NCBI GenBank assembly: GCA_963751215.1
Contig: CAVVTV010000024.1
Span: forward strand, 1,052,178 to 1,116,177
DNA from: an uncultured Thermoleophilia bacterium
GTDB taxonomy: Bacteria > Actinomycetota > Thermoleophilia > UBA2241
Length of the DNA: 64,000 nucleotides
Reading direction: 5' to 3'
Under the pieces are notes generated by a model, which was given only the letters and a program-made list of their open reading frames with translations, did not search any database and had not been told where the DNA came from. Within the stretch, counting starts at the first letter, position 1, and each line of letters starts with the position of its first letter. Positions 53,029 to 63,555 of the stretch are shown piece after piece. The position numbers were made by a program, and so were the translations under genes.

Positions 53029-54666
53029 ATGAAGATCATCGGTGCGCGCCGCTGGTGGGCCCTGGCGGCGATCACGCTGGCGGTACTCGCGGTTGGCATG
53101 GACCTGACGGTCCTGAGCATCGCCTTGCCGACACTCGCCGGCGCGCTCAAAGCCACCGAGTCTGACCTGCAGTGGTTCTCCTCGGGCTATGCCCTCGTGC
53201 TCGCCGCGGCCATGCTGCCGGCTGGGCTGCTGGGCGACCGCTACGGGCGTAAGAAGGTGCTGCTAGGCTCGCTTGCTCTGTTCGCCGCGGGCTCGCTTGC
53301 CTGTGCGCTGTCACGCTCGCCCGACCAGTTCCTCGTTAGCCGGATCGTCCTAGGCCTGGCCGGCGCCGGGATCATCGTCATGGCGATCTCGGCACTGACT
53401 GTGATGTTCTCCGAGGCGGAGCGTCCCCGCGCCGTGGGCATCTGGGCGGCAGCCAACTTCCTCGCCTTTCCCATCGGTCCGATCCTCGGGGGCTGGCTGC
53501 TCACCCACTTCTGGTGGGGCTGGGTGTTTCTGCTCAACGTGCCGGTGGCCGCCATCGGCTTTGCCGCAGTCGTTGCTCTGGTACCGGAGTCGCGCGCGCC
53601 CGTGCGCCCCGGGCTGGACTGGCTTGGGGTACTTGCCTCGAGCGGCGGCCTTGCCGCGGTGACCTACGGCCTGATCGAGGCCGGCCAGAACGGTTGGAGC
53701 AGCCGAGGGGCGTTGCTTGCCATCGTCTGCGGAGTCGCCCTGCTGGTCGCCTTCTTTGCCTGGGAGCGCCGGCTCACACGCAAGCCCGAAGGGCAGCCGC
53801 TCGTCGACCTCGGCCTGTTTGCCTCGGCCTCCTTTACCTGGGGCGTGCTGCTGATGACCATCATGACCTTGGCCATGATCGGCATCCTGTTCACGATGCC
53901 CCAATACTTCCAGGCCGTGCTGGGGACTAGCGCACAAGGCTCTGGTCTGCGCCTGCTGACGATCGTCGGAGGGCTATTGATCGGCGCTCTGCCGGCCGAT
54001 CGCCTGGCGCGCCGGCTGGGCGCCAAGATCACCGTCGTCATCGGCTTTCTCGTACTGGCCGCCGGTCTTGGGCTGGGCGCACAGACCAACCTGGCCTCGC
54101 ATGGCAGCTTCGTCGCTGCCTGGATGGCCCTGGCCGGCGTCGGGGTGGGCATCACCATGGCCACCACCGCCTCGGCTGCCCTCTCGGAGCTTTCCGCAGA
54201 CAAGGCGGGCGTGGGCTCGGGGGTCCTGCAGGCGCTCAAGAACGTGGGCGCACCCTTCGGCGCGGCCGTGCTGGGCAGTGTCCTGGCCTCCGCCTACCGC
54301 AGCCACCTGCCCCTGCCCGGTCTGTCGGGCGCCGTCGCCGGCGCTATGCGTGGCAGCGTCTTTGCCGGCTTGACCGTCGCCGAGAAGCTGGGCTCGCCGG
54401 CACTGGTTGTCTCGGTGCGCGGAGCCTTTGTTAAGGGTATGGATGCAGCCTTGCTAGTATCGGTAGGATTCGCTCTAGCGGGCAGCATCCTGGCTCTGGC
54501 CTTCCTGCCCGCCCGCAGTGCAGCGCGCAAGACAGCGGCCAGCGAAGGAGAACACGCCGAGCATGAGCTCATCGTCGCAAAGCAAGCCGACCCGCCTCAG
54601 CCTGCGGGAGCGCAAGAAGCTCAAGACTCATCTGGCGATCCAGCGCCAGGCGCTTCGTCTCTTTAA
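53029..54666 (+). CDS. MFS transporter, DHA2 family (14-TMS)
   Basis: ORF 53020..54666. ATG 53029 with AAGGAGG RBS. LPAGLLGDRYGRKKVL motif. Confidence 0.85.
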   Translation: MKIIGARRWWALAAITLAVLAVGMDLTVLSIALPTLAGALKATESDLQWFSSGYALVLAAAMLPAGLLGDRYGRKKVLLGSLALFAAGSLACALSRSPDQFLVSRIVLGLAGAGIIVMAISALTVMFSEAERPRAVGIWAAANFLAFPIGPILGGWLLTHFWWGWVFLLNVPVAAIGFAAVVALVPESRAPVRPGLDWLGVLASSGGLAAVTYGLIEAGQNGWSSRGALLAIVCGVALLVAFFAWERRLTRKPEGQPLVDLGLFASASFTWGVLLMTIMTLAMIGILFTMPQYFQAVLGTSAQGSGLRLLTIVGGLLIGALPADRLARRLGAKITVVIGFLVLAAGLGLGAQTNLASHGSFVAAWMALAGVGVGITMATTASAALSELSADKAGVGSGVLQALKNVGAPFGAAVLGSVLASAYRSHLPLPGLSGAVAGAMRGSVFAGLTVAEKLGSPALVVSVRGAFVKGMDAALLVSVGFALAGSILALAFLPARSAARKTAASEGEHAEHELIVAKQADPPQPAGAQEAQDSSGDPAPGASSL

Positions 54667-55171
54667 GAAGCAGGGCTATGAGGCGACCACGGTCGAGCAG
54701 ATCGCGGAGGCCGCCGAAGTCTCACAGACCACCTTCTTTCGCTACTTCGGCAGCAAGCAGGACGTTGTGCTCCACGACGCGCTCGATCCGCTTGCGGTGG
54801 CGGCCCTGGAGGCACAACCGGCCGAGCTCTCGCCCGTGGAGGCGCTGCGCCGAGCAGTGCGCGAGGTCTACGCGGGCCTTGACGCCGAGGAGCTCGCCGC
54901 AGAGCGCGAACGTCAGGCGCTGATACGAGCGACACCCGAGCTGTGGACCGGCATGCTCAGCGACGTCACCGGCGCGCTTGGCATGTTCTGCGACGTCATT
55001 GCCCGGCGCACGGGGCGCAAGACCGATGACATCGCCGTGCTCACCCTGGCCGGCGCCGTCTTTGGGGCCGGCATTGCCGTCTGGCTGAGCCATCCCGCGG
55101 ACGAGGTGGACGACTTTCTGGAGCTCTTCGACGCCGCTCTGGCTCAGCTCGAGGCGGGCCTGAGACTGTAG
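54563..55171 (+). CDS. TetR/AcrR family transcriptional regulator
   Basis: ORF 54518..55171 trimmed to ATG. TetR_N HTH LAIQRQALRLFKKQGYEATTVEQIAEAAEVSQTTFFRYFGSKQD. Overlaps the MFS gene 3' end by about 100 nt. Confidence 0.75.
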   Translation: MSSSSQSKPTRLSLRERKKLKTHLAIQRQALRLFKKQGYEATTVEQIAEAAEVSQTTFFRYFGSKQDVVLHDALDPLAVAALEAQPAELSPVEALRRAVREVYAGLDAEELAAERERQALIRATPELWTGMLSDVTGALGMFCDVIARRTGRKTDDIAVLTLAGAVFGAGIAVWLSHPADEVDDFLELFDAALAQLEAGLRL

Positions 55172-55568
55172 TGCCCACCCATCGGACGAGAATCTTGATC
55201 GGCTTACTGGAGGGGCCGCCTGCGACGGCCCCAGGAGTCTCTTTCCATGCGGCTCTCACCGCACTCTCCTCCCTTTTGAACAGATCTGCCGATTATGGTT
55301 ATTCCGGAGCCGAACACGCTGCTAACAGGGTCCGCAACGACCTGGTCGCCCCTCACTTGCCGCGTAGAACCTGACGCAGCTTGAGGCGCTCGCCAGTGTG
55401 CAGGATCGCCCGGCCGTAGATCGCGCCGGCTACCCGGGCCATCCTAGCTGACGCCTCCCGCGTGATCGGTAGCTCAGAGCGAAGACGGGCGGAGCGATCA
55501 GAGGCACACACTGTTTCTCGGAGAGCGTGTCCGGGTAGCCTGCCGCCAGGCTTTCGAGGAGGGGTGAG

Positions 55569-56036
55569 ATGCACGGTGACGCAAGGGTGATCGACGAGCT
55601 CAACGCCAGGCTGGCCGAGGAGCTTACCGCAGTTAATCAGTACATGGTGCACGCCGCGATGTGCGAGGACTGGCACTACGGCCGCCTGCGTGAGCCGATC
55701 AAGAAGCGCGCCGTCACGGAGATGAAGCACGCCGAGAGGCTGATCGAGCGCCTTCTCTTCCTCGACGCCCACCCGATCGTGAGCAAGCTCAACCAGATCC
55801 ACATCGGGGCGGCCGTGCCGGAGATGCACACCAACGACCTTGCCAGCGAAGTCGAGGCCGTCAAGGCCTACAACGAGAGCATCCGTGTGTGCGCTGAGCT
55901 GAAGGACGACGGCACTAAGGAAATGCTCGAGGCGATCCTCGCCGATGAGGAAGGCCACGTCGACTGGCTCGAGGCCCAGCTTGCCCAGATCGAGCAGGCC
56001 GGCCGCGAGAACTATCTGGCTGAACAGATCGGCTAG
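55569..56036 (+). CDS. bfr: bacterioferritin
   Basis: 155 aa. VIDELNARLAEELTAVNQYMVHAAMCEDWHY, EMKHAERLIERLLFLDA, EEGHVDWLEAQL are ferroxidase-centre and heme Met motifs. GGAGGGGTGAG RBS. Confidence 0.9.
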   Translation: MHGDARVIDELNARLAEELTAVNQYMVHAAMCEDWHYGRLREPIKKRAVTEMKHAERLIERLLFLDAHPIVSKLNQIHIGAAVPEMHTNDLASEVEAVKAYNESIRVCAELKDDGTKEMLEAILADEEGHVDWLEAQLAQIEQAGRENYLAEQIG

Positions 56037-56357
56037 GGGCCACCAGGCGGCTCTCGGGGCGCGGCCGTCAGGAGGGTGGGCTCGGCGCTTCCCTGGCGTC
56101 CCGGGCGGGTTGTTGGCCGGCACGCCGCTCAGCTCTCGCGATGGCGCGACCAGACGAGGCTGTCCGGGCCGGAGGCCCGGTCCATGCTCCCAACGCACAT
56201 TCATCTCAGCCATCTCGAATCAGCCGACTAGCGGAGGTAGGGGCCTGCTCCAGGACTCCATGTAAGGCACGGCCCGAGTCAACTGTTCGACCCCGGCAGG
56301 GGCGGGTAAGAGTCTTGTTTCAATGGGCCAGATAGGCGAAGGAGCCCGGTTTTGGAG

Positions 56358-56585
56358 ATGCGACACGGACCCTACTCACGCGAGCAGATCACGGCCGCAG
56401 GACGGCCTGCGACCTGCGAGCCCCTCAGCCCCGGCGAAGACCACTATCGCTACGACGGCATCAACTTCTGGCGCATGCACGGCGAGCACTCCCTCCTTGC
56501 GTCTGCCGGCGACGCCCCCGCCAGCGGCTGGTGGCACAGGGACAGCTGCAACTGCCCTCTGTGTCGCGGTGAAACGACGGAGTAA
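56358..56585 (+). CDS. small hypothetical protein, DGINFW...SCxCxxC family member 2
   Basis: ORF 56352..56585 (TTG) trimmed to ATG. 75 aa. See 39770..40135. Confidence 0.5.
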   Translation: MRHGPYSREQITAAGRPATCEPLSPGEDHYRYDGINFWRMHGEHSLLASAGDAPASGWWHRDSCNCPLCRGETTE

Positions 56586-56806
56586 TCGACTCCAGCGACA
56601 GTCCAGACGGCCATGCGGCCGTTTCACCCTCTCGGCCGACAAGCGCTGCGGTTCCTGCTAGCAGAACGACCCCCGATGTGCAATATTAGTGGGGACCCCC
56701 GGCACGCCGCCGTCTCGTCGAGATGCACCACGCCGCGGCGTCTGGCCGAAGTCAGGAAGCACCTTGCGGCACGCGACCGGCCAGTCCAGCACCACGAAGC
56801 CAGCAG

Positions 56807-58375
56807 ATGGCGGCTGAAGGTCGCCACTCCACCGGCGGCCCGGGGCAGACAGGTCTCGCGCCGCGGATCCTTTTGATCGAGGACAATCCCGGCGATGCGC
56901 GCCTCGTACGGGAGCTCCTCGCCGAGGCCAACCCGGGTTTCGAGTTGCACTGGGTGCAGCAGCTCGCGGCCGGCCTTGCGTACCTCGCCGAGGGCGATCA
57001 GATCGCCGCCGTGCTGCTCGACCTCTCACTACCCGATAGCCAGGGATTGGCGACCTTCGAACGCCTGCACGCCGCAGCCCTCGAGGTGCCCATCATCATG
57101 CTCACCGGCCTAGCCGACGAGGAACTCGCCCTGCAGGCCCTGCGCGGCGGTGCCGCTGACTACCTGACCAAGGACGACATCAGCGGGGCGCTGCTCGTGC
57201 GCGCGGTGCGCTACGCGGTCGAGCGCCGCCAGAGCAACGAGGTGCTGCGGCTCAGCGAGGAGAAGCTGCGTCTCGCTATGGAGGCGAGCGAGTCGGGCAT
57301 CCTCGACCTCGACGTCCCCACCCGCCAGATGACCTCGAGCGCCGACTGCCAGGCGATGCTCGGCCAGCCGTCGGTCGAGGTGAGCGGCCCACTCGAAGAG
57401 ATCTGGGCCGCCTACATCCACCCCGAGGACCGCGCGGCCAGCTTGCAGGCGCTCGAGGAGACGATCGCGGGACGCTCTCCCTACTTCGAGCGCGAGCACC
57501 GCCTGCGCACCACGCGTGGCGGTTGGGCCTGGGTGTACGACAAGGGCAAAGTGGTCGAGCGCAACGCCCAAGGCGCCGCGCTTCGCCTGCTCTCCACCTG
57601 CACGAACATCACGACGCGCAAGAAGGCAGAGGAAGATGCCGTCACCACGGCCACCCTGCTTGCCGAGCAGCGCCGCATCGCCACCACCCTGCAGGAGAGC
57701 TTCAAGCACCCGCTGCCGGACGTGGCCGGCATCGAGCTCGGCGTGGTCTCACAGACGGCCTACGAGCCCGAGCTCATCGGCGGCGACTTCAGCGAGGTCT
57801 TCGAGCTCCCCGACGGGCGGATCGTCGTCCTCATCGGCGACGTGGCCGGCAAGGGAATCAAAGCGGCGGGGCTCACCGAGACGGTGCGCAGCATGGTGCG
57901 CGCCTTCTCCGCCATCGATCCCTCACCGGCCTTCGTCCTTGCGAAGACCAATGAGGTCTTGTTGCGCTACGACCCCGAGGAGCCCCACGTCACGGCCTTC
58001 CTGGCCGTGCTCGACCCGCAGAGCGGACATCTGAGCTACGCGAGCGCCGGCCACCCCGCCCCACTGCACCTGAGTCCCTTCTCCTGTCGCCCGCTCGGCG
58101 TCGGCTTCGGCTCGCCGCTGCACAGCTTCCCGGGCCCATACCAGGAGGAGCACCTCAGGCTCTCGCTAGACGACTACCTGCTGCTCTACACTGACGGCGT
58201 CACCGAGGCACGCCGCGGCGAGGAGGAGTTCGGTGAGGAGCGGCTGATCGAAGTGGCCAGGCGGCTGCGTGGCGCTTCCGCCCAGGAGGTCGCCGAGGGC
58301 GTGCGCGCCGCGGCGCTCGAGTTCGCCGGCAGCCTGAGAGACGACCTGCAAGTTGTGTGCCTGAGGCTCGCCTAG
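56807..58375 (+). CDS. response-regulator receiver (REC) - PAS - PP2C (SpoIIE/RsbU-type) phosphatase
   Basis: ORF 56723..58375 trimmed to first ATG. RILLIEDNPGDARLV...DLSLPDSQG (REC, Asp pocket). PAS. PP2C about 80% identical to the C-terminus of 7660..11034, with the same terminal DDLQVVCLRLA. Confidence 0.8.
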   Translation: MAAEGRHSTGGPGQTGLAPRILLIEDNPGDARLVRELLAEANPGFELHWVQQLAAGLAYLAEGDQIAAVLLDLSLPDSQGLATFERLHAAALEVPIIMLTGLADEELALQALRGGAADYLTKDDISGALLVRAVRYAVERRQSNEVLRLSEEKLRLAMEASESGILDLDVPTRQMTSSADCQAMLGQPSVEVSGPLEEIWAAYIHPEDRAASLQALEETIAGRSPYFEREHRLRTTRGGWAWVYDKGKVVERNAQGAALRLLSTCTNITTRKKAEEDAVTTATLLAEQRRIATTLQESFKHPLPDVAGIELGVVSQTAYEPELIGGDFSEVFELPDGRIVVLIGDVAGKGIKAAGLTETVRSMVRAFSAIDPSPAFVLAKTNEVLLRYDPEEPHVTAFLAVLDPQSGHLSYASAGHPAPLHLSPFSCRPLGVGFGSPLHSFPGPYQEEHLRLSLDDYLLLYTDGVTEARRGEEEFGEERLIEVARRLRGASAQEVAEGVRAAALEFAGSLRDDLQVVCLRLA

Positions 58376-58715
58376 AGGCGGGGCTCAGACCGCGGCTCAC
58401 CCCTCAAGGCGCACATCACCTGCACCGCTGTGCGTCAGCCGAAGACCGTCATCTGCTGTGGCGGCTCAGCGGGCGGCGCGTGCGGAGCACTTCCTCGGCC
58501 CGACACTGCTCCCACGCCTAAAAGGCCGCCGAACATGTCGCCTGGGGTGGCCGCCAGCCCAGCCAACGGCTGTTGGGAAGGAGCAGGAGCGGGAGGCGAG
58601 AACATGGCGAGGCCATGTAAGGCCTCCCGCCCGGGGGCACGCTGGAGGGCAAGTGCAGTCGTTCTATCTAGCCCGGCGCGCGTCGGCCGCGCGCACGCGC
58701 GAGGCTCTTCGCGCC

Positions 58716-58811
58716 AGGGGCCTTTTCCTCATAGAGCACGTGATGGACGAGGTCACCGTCAGCTCCGATAGTCGGGGCACGACCGTGCGTATGGTCAGGC
58801 GCGTCGCCTGA
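58716..58811 (+). pseudogene. possible remnant of an RsbW-like anti-sigma kinase C-terminus
   Basis: End of ORF 58458..58811 reads RGLFLIEHVMDEVTVSSDSRGTTVRMVRRVA*, resembling GRGLFMMSRMMDDL...GGLTVRMVKRA of 7660..11034. The upstream part of the ORF is Arg-rich noise. Confidence 0.3.
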
Positions 58812-58879
58812 CTGGAATGGCGAAGCATGAGGCGGCGCCTGGCGCGGGGCCTGGATGAGCGGCACAGGTTCCTACTTCA

Positions 58880-59680
58880 CTAGGAGCCTGCTGCCGGCGG
58901 TACTCGTCTGGACGTTGTCGGCCGAGGCTCGGGTGGAGTCTCCGGTCCGGCCTTGACGTGGCCGGCACCTTCGGCAAGGACCTCGTCGACCGACCGCGAG
59001 GCGATGTCGGCCCAGAGCCTGAAGACGCGATCGACGTCCACTCCCTCGGGATCGAGCGCTCGCTGGATGGCCACTCCCTCGACCACCGCAAGCATCAGGC
59101 AGGCATATGTCTTGGCGAGCTCTCGATGCGCCTCGTCTTCGCGATCGGCGAATAGCTGGGCACCGTGGCCGCGATAGGTGTCGTAGAGGCGAGCCACTGC
59201 TGCGCGCAACGCATCGTTGCGTAGCACGTGCGGGAGCAGCTCCCACTCGCTCAAGTACTCCTCGGACTCAGGGAGAATCCTGCTGGCCCGGATCAGCCGT
59301 CCGAGCCGCTCCGGCAGGGGCTCATCCATTCGCAGGCTGGCGAAGACCTCGACGCTGAGGTCGTGTGTGGAAGCATCGATCAGTGCCTGGATCAGACCGT
59401 CCTTGCTGCCGAAGTAGTAGCGGACGGCAGACTGGTATACGCCCGCTTCCCCCGCGACATTCGCAAACGACAGGTGGCTAAAGCCGTCGCGAATGACGAT
59501 CCGCTGCGCGGCGGCTAGAAGCTGGCGGGCCTTGGGCGCGAGCGTCGAGAGAGGTCTCGGCGGACTCGTCTCGAGACTATCGAGAATGCGTGGTCGCTTC
59601 GTCGGCCGATCGGATGCTGGCACCCTGCTGCCCCCTGTTGATCTCCGTCTGGATAAATTGGCTACTGTGTCGCGCTCCAC
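58880..59680 (-). CDS. TetR family transcriptional regulator (start uncertain, GTG)
   Basis: TetR_N HTH LLAAAQRIVIRDGFSHLSFANVAGEAGVYQSAVRYYFGSKDGL. Long N-terminal extension suggests a later real start. Confidence 0.65.
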   Translation of the reverse strand: MERDTVANLSRRRSTGGSRVPASDRPTKRPRILDSLETSPPRPLSTLAPKARQLLAAAQRIVIRDGFSHLSFANVAGEAGVYQSAVRYYFGSKDGLIQALIDASTHDLSVEVFASLRMDEPLPERLGRLIRASRILPESEEYLSEWELLPHVLRNDALRAAVARLYDTYRGHGAQLFADREDEAHRELAKTYACLMLAVVEGVAIQRALDPEGVDVDRVFRLWADIASRSVDEVLAEGAGHVKAGPETPPEPRPTTSRRVPPAAGS

Positions 59681-59728
59681 GCGGTCCAGCCTGCTCGACG
59701 AGCGTACAGGACTCGTGAGGCGAGCACA

Positions 59729-61402
59729 CTACCGACGGCGCAGCACGCGCCCACAACGCTCGCCCGTAGTGCTACCCGCATCGATGGCAAGTTCCCCATT
59801 GACGAACACATAGTCCATGCCCTCGGCGTAGCGTGGCGGCATGTTCTTGAATGGGTAGTCGTGTGGATACTCGTTCGTCGCTCTATCGCGGATCGCCTCC
59901 AGGTCGAACACAACTACGTCTGCCCACAGGCCCGGTCGTAGAACACCACGATCCCAGAGTCCGAACCGTTGCGCCGGGAAGCTAGTCATCTTGCGCACCG
60001 CCTCTTCGAGACGCAAAACACCGCGCTCCTTCACGAAGGACTCGAGCACCCGGGCGTACTCGCCGTAACAGCATGGCCAGTAGTCCGGCGACTCGCCATC
60101 TTGTGAAGGAAGCTGGGCGACGAAGCCGTCGGAGGAGACCATGGAAAGCGGATGTGAGAGAACCTCGTCGACATCGTCGCTTCCGACATAGTCGAAGATC
60201 GCGACGATGTTGTCGTCATTCTCCACTATCAGGTCGAGATACGTCTCGAGAGGGTCGCCAGGGCGCTCGCCCGCGATATCGTCTACTGAACGTCCGACCA
60301 GGCACGCGTTGGATGCCGACATGATGACGATACGGTCGAAGCGCGCATGCCGGAGAAGGCCCGCGTAGCCGGGGGCGGGCAACAGATCGGCAGAGATCTG
60401 CCGTCTGAGTGTCCCCCTTCTGGCCGGATCCGCAAGAATCGCCATCATCTCGGCGTGTTCCAAATCGGCGATCGGCTGCGGAAGGGCACGAGACAGCCGC
60501 GGGGCAAGATCGGTATGCGTGTCGTTGTCGATTGTCACATCGATGCCACGCCGACGGGCCAGCTCGATCTCCTCAAGGCTTCTTGCGGCCGGCGGTCCGC
60601 CCCATTTTGGAGCGTTATGGGATATCTCGACCGGAAGCCCGGTCTCCTCGGCGATAGAGAGCGCCTCTCTCATGGCATCGAGAAGTGTCTCCCGCTCTCC
60701 GCGCACGTGCGACGTGTAGATCCCTCCGTATTTCGCGACGACACCCGCGAGCTCCTGGAGCTCTGCGGTCTGCGCATAGCAGCCGGGGGGGTAGACAAGG
60801 CCAGTGGACAGACCGAGCGCGCCGTCTGCCAGGCTCTGGGCGAGGAGCTCCTTCATCGTATCCATCTCGTCGCTGGTGGGCACCCGACGCTCAAAGCCCA
60901 TGGCAGAGGCGCGCAGCGTTCCGTGACCGACGAGCGGAGCTACGTTGATGCCGATGCCCCGCGCCCCGAGGACATCCAGGTACTCCTTGAACGAGGTCCA
61001 ATTCCACTCGAAGCCACTGACGTCCCAGTAGTACGAGAGCTGATGAATCACATCGTCACGTCGCGCTTCCAAGATGGGCGCCGACGACATGCCGCAGTTG
61101 CCGGTGACATGGGTGGTTACGCCCATCCTAAGGATGCTCTCCGCACCCGGAGACCCGAGTATGGTGACGTCAGAATGCGTGTGTGGGTCGATGAATCCGG
61201 GTGTCACGTAGCGATCCTCGGCCTCAATCACGCGCACGTCGGAGCTATCGGATGGTGCGCGAAGCCGTCCCGGAGAAGCGATCTCGGCAATCACACCACC
61301 GTCGATGAGCACGTCGGCTCTCACCCAGGGATTGCCACAACCGTCAATGACGCGACCGCCGCGTATGACAGTCTTCTCAGCAGTGTCTCGCTTGGCGCTC
61401 AT
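59729..61402 (-). CDS. N-acyl-D-amino-acid deacylase (D-aminoacylase, amidohydrolase superfamily)
   Basis: Part of track ORF 59729..62527. ATG 61402 with ACGGAGGGAAGAG RBS. IRGGRVIDGCGNPWVRADVLIDGGVIAEI, PGFIDPHTHSD metal-ligand motif. Confidence 0.8.
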   Translation of the reverse strand: MSAKRDTAEKTVIRGGRVIDGCGNPWVRADVLIDGGVIAEIASPGRLRAPSDSSDVRVIEAEDRYVTPGFIDPHTHSDVTILGSPGAESILRMGVTTHVTGNCGMSSAPILEARRDDVIHQLSYYWDVSGFEWNWTSFKEYLDVLGARGIGINVAPLVGHGTLRASAMGFERRVPTSDEMDTMKELLAQSLADGALGLSTGLVYPPGCYAQTAELQELAGVVAKYGGIYTSHVRGERETLLDAMREALSIAEETGLPVEISHNAPKWGGPPAARSLEEIELARRRGIDVTIDNDTHTDLAPRLSRALPQPIADLEHAEMMAILADPARRGTLRRQISADLLPAPGYAGLLRHARFDRIVIMSASNACLVGRSVDDIAGERPGDPLETYLDLIVENDDNIVAIFDYVGSDDVDEVLSHPLSMVSSDGFVAQLPSQDGESPDYWPCCYGEYARVLESFVKERGVLRLEEAVRKMTSFPAQRFGLWDRGVLRPGLWADVVVFDLEAIRDRATNEYPHDYPFKNMPPRYAEGMDYVFVNGELAIDAGSTTGERCGRVLRRR

Positions 61403-61428
61403 CTCTTCCCTCCGTAATACGAAACTCG

Positions 61429-62527
61429 TCATGACTCTCCCGCGGCCACCCTCAAGCAGGCGGCGTAGTGGTCCCCGGCGATCTGCACGTCGGCGGGGTC
61501 GCTCTCGGAGCAGGCCGCGATGGCCTCCGGGCATCTCGGGTGAAAGCGGCAACCCGAGGGGATGTCGACCGGGTTCGGGGTCTCGCCCTTCAAGATCACG
61601 TGCTCCCGCTTGGCCAGCGGGTCGGGCACCGGGATCACGCTGATCAGCGCCTTGGTGTAGGGGTGCCGGGGGTGGGCGACGACCTCCTCGGTCTCGCCGA
61701 TCTCGACGATCCGTCCCAGGTACATCACGGCGATGCGATCGCTGATCACCCAGGCGAGCGAGAGGTCGTGCGTGATGAAGATGTAGGTGACGCCGAGGCG
61801 CTCCTTCTGCTCGACCATGAGCTTCAAGATGTCGTTGCGGATCGAGACGTCGAGCGCTGGCCACCGGCTCGTCGGCGACGATCACGTCGGGTGAGAGCAC
61901 CGTGGCGCCGGCGATGCAGACGCGCTGCCGCTGCCCGCCGGAGAGCTCGTGCGGGTAGCGGTAGAGATACTCGGTGGCGGGCCGCAGGCCGGCCTCGCTG
62001 ATCGCCTTGATGACGCGCTCCTCCTTCTCGCGCTCGCTGGCGCAGAGGCCATTGACCTCGAGCGGCTCGGCGACGATGTCGAAGATCGTCTGCTTGGGGT
62101 TGATCGAGTTGTAGGGGTCCTGGAAGATGATCTGCGCCTTCTTGCGGTACTCGTGGAGCGTCTTCTGCGTGAAGCGCTCCACGGGCAGGCCCTTGTAGAG
62201 GATGTGGCCGCCGGTGGGCTCTTCGAGGCGCAAGAGGGTGCGCCCGGTGGTCGTCTTGCCGCAACCGCTCTCGCCGACCAGGGCGAGGATCTCGCCCTGG
62301 CGGACCTGGAAGGAGATGCCGTCGACGGCGCGCACGAACTTCTTCTCGGAGGAGACCAGGCCGCGGAAGAAGCCCTGCTGGATGGGGAAGTGCACCTCGA
62401 GCGCGCGGATATCGAAGAGCACGCCGTCGGTGATCTGGGCCGCGGCGAGGTCGCGGACGGCGACCTTGCCCTTCTCGTAGGTGGGGCCGGGAGCGCTGCC
62501 GGCGGGGGCCTGCTGTGTGGCAGCCAT
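61429..62527 (-). CDS. peptide ABC transporter ATP-binding protein (DppF/OppF-like) carrying an apparent 2-nt frameshift near 61845
   Basis: N-terminal frame (ORF 59729..62527): [16 protein letters not shown] (Walker A), [14 protein letters not shown] (signature), ...ADEPVASA then noise. C-terminal frame (ORF 61429..61827): ...[26 protein letters not shown] plus oligopeptide C-terminal domain. Expected [16 protein letters not shown] is restored by inserting 2 nt in a GCGCGC context. Confidence 0.7.
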
Positions 62528-62532
62528 CGCTT

Positions 62533-63551
<1,019 letters not shown>

Positions 63552-63555
<4 letters not shown>

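Noticed and set aside
55353-56213. 286-aa minus-strand ORF
   Set aside because: Antisense to the unambiguous bacterioferritin gene (55569..56036). Composition is noise-like.
59729-62527. 932-aa ORF treated as one protein
   Set aside because: It is a concatenation of a complete D-aminoacylase, out-of-frame junk and the N-terminal half of a frameshifted ABC ATPase. The D-aminoacylase has its own RBS and ATG at 61402.
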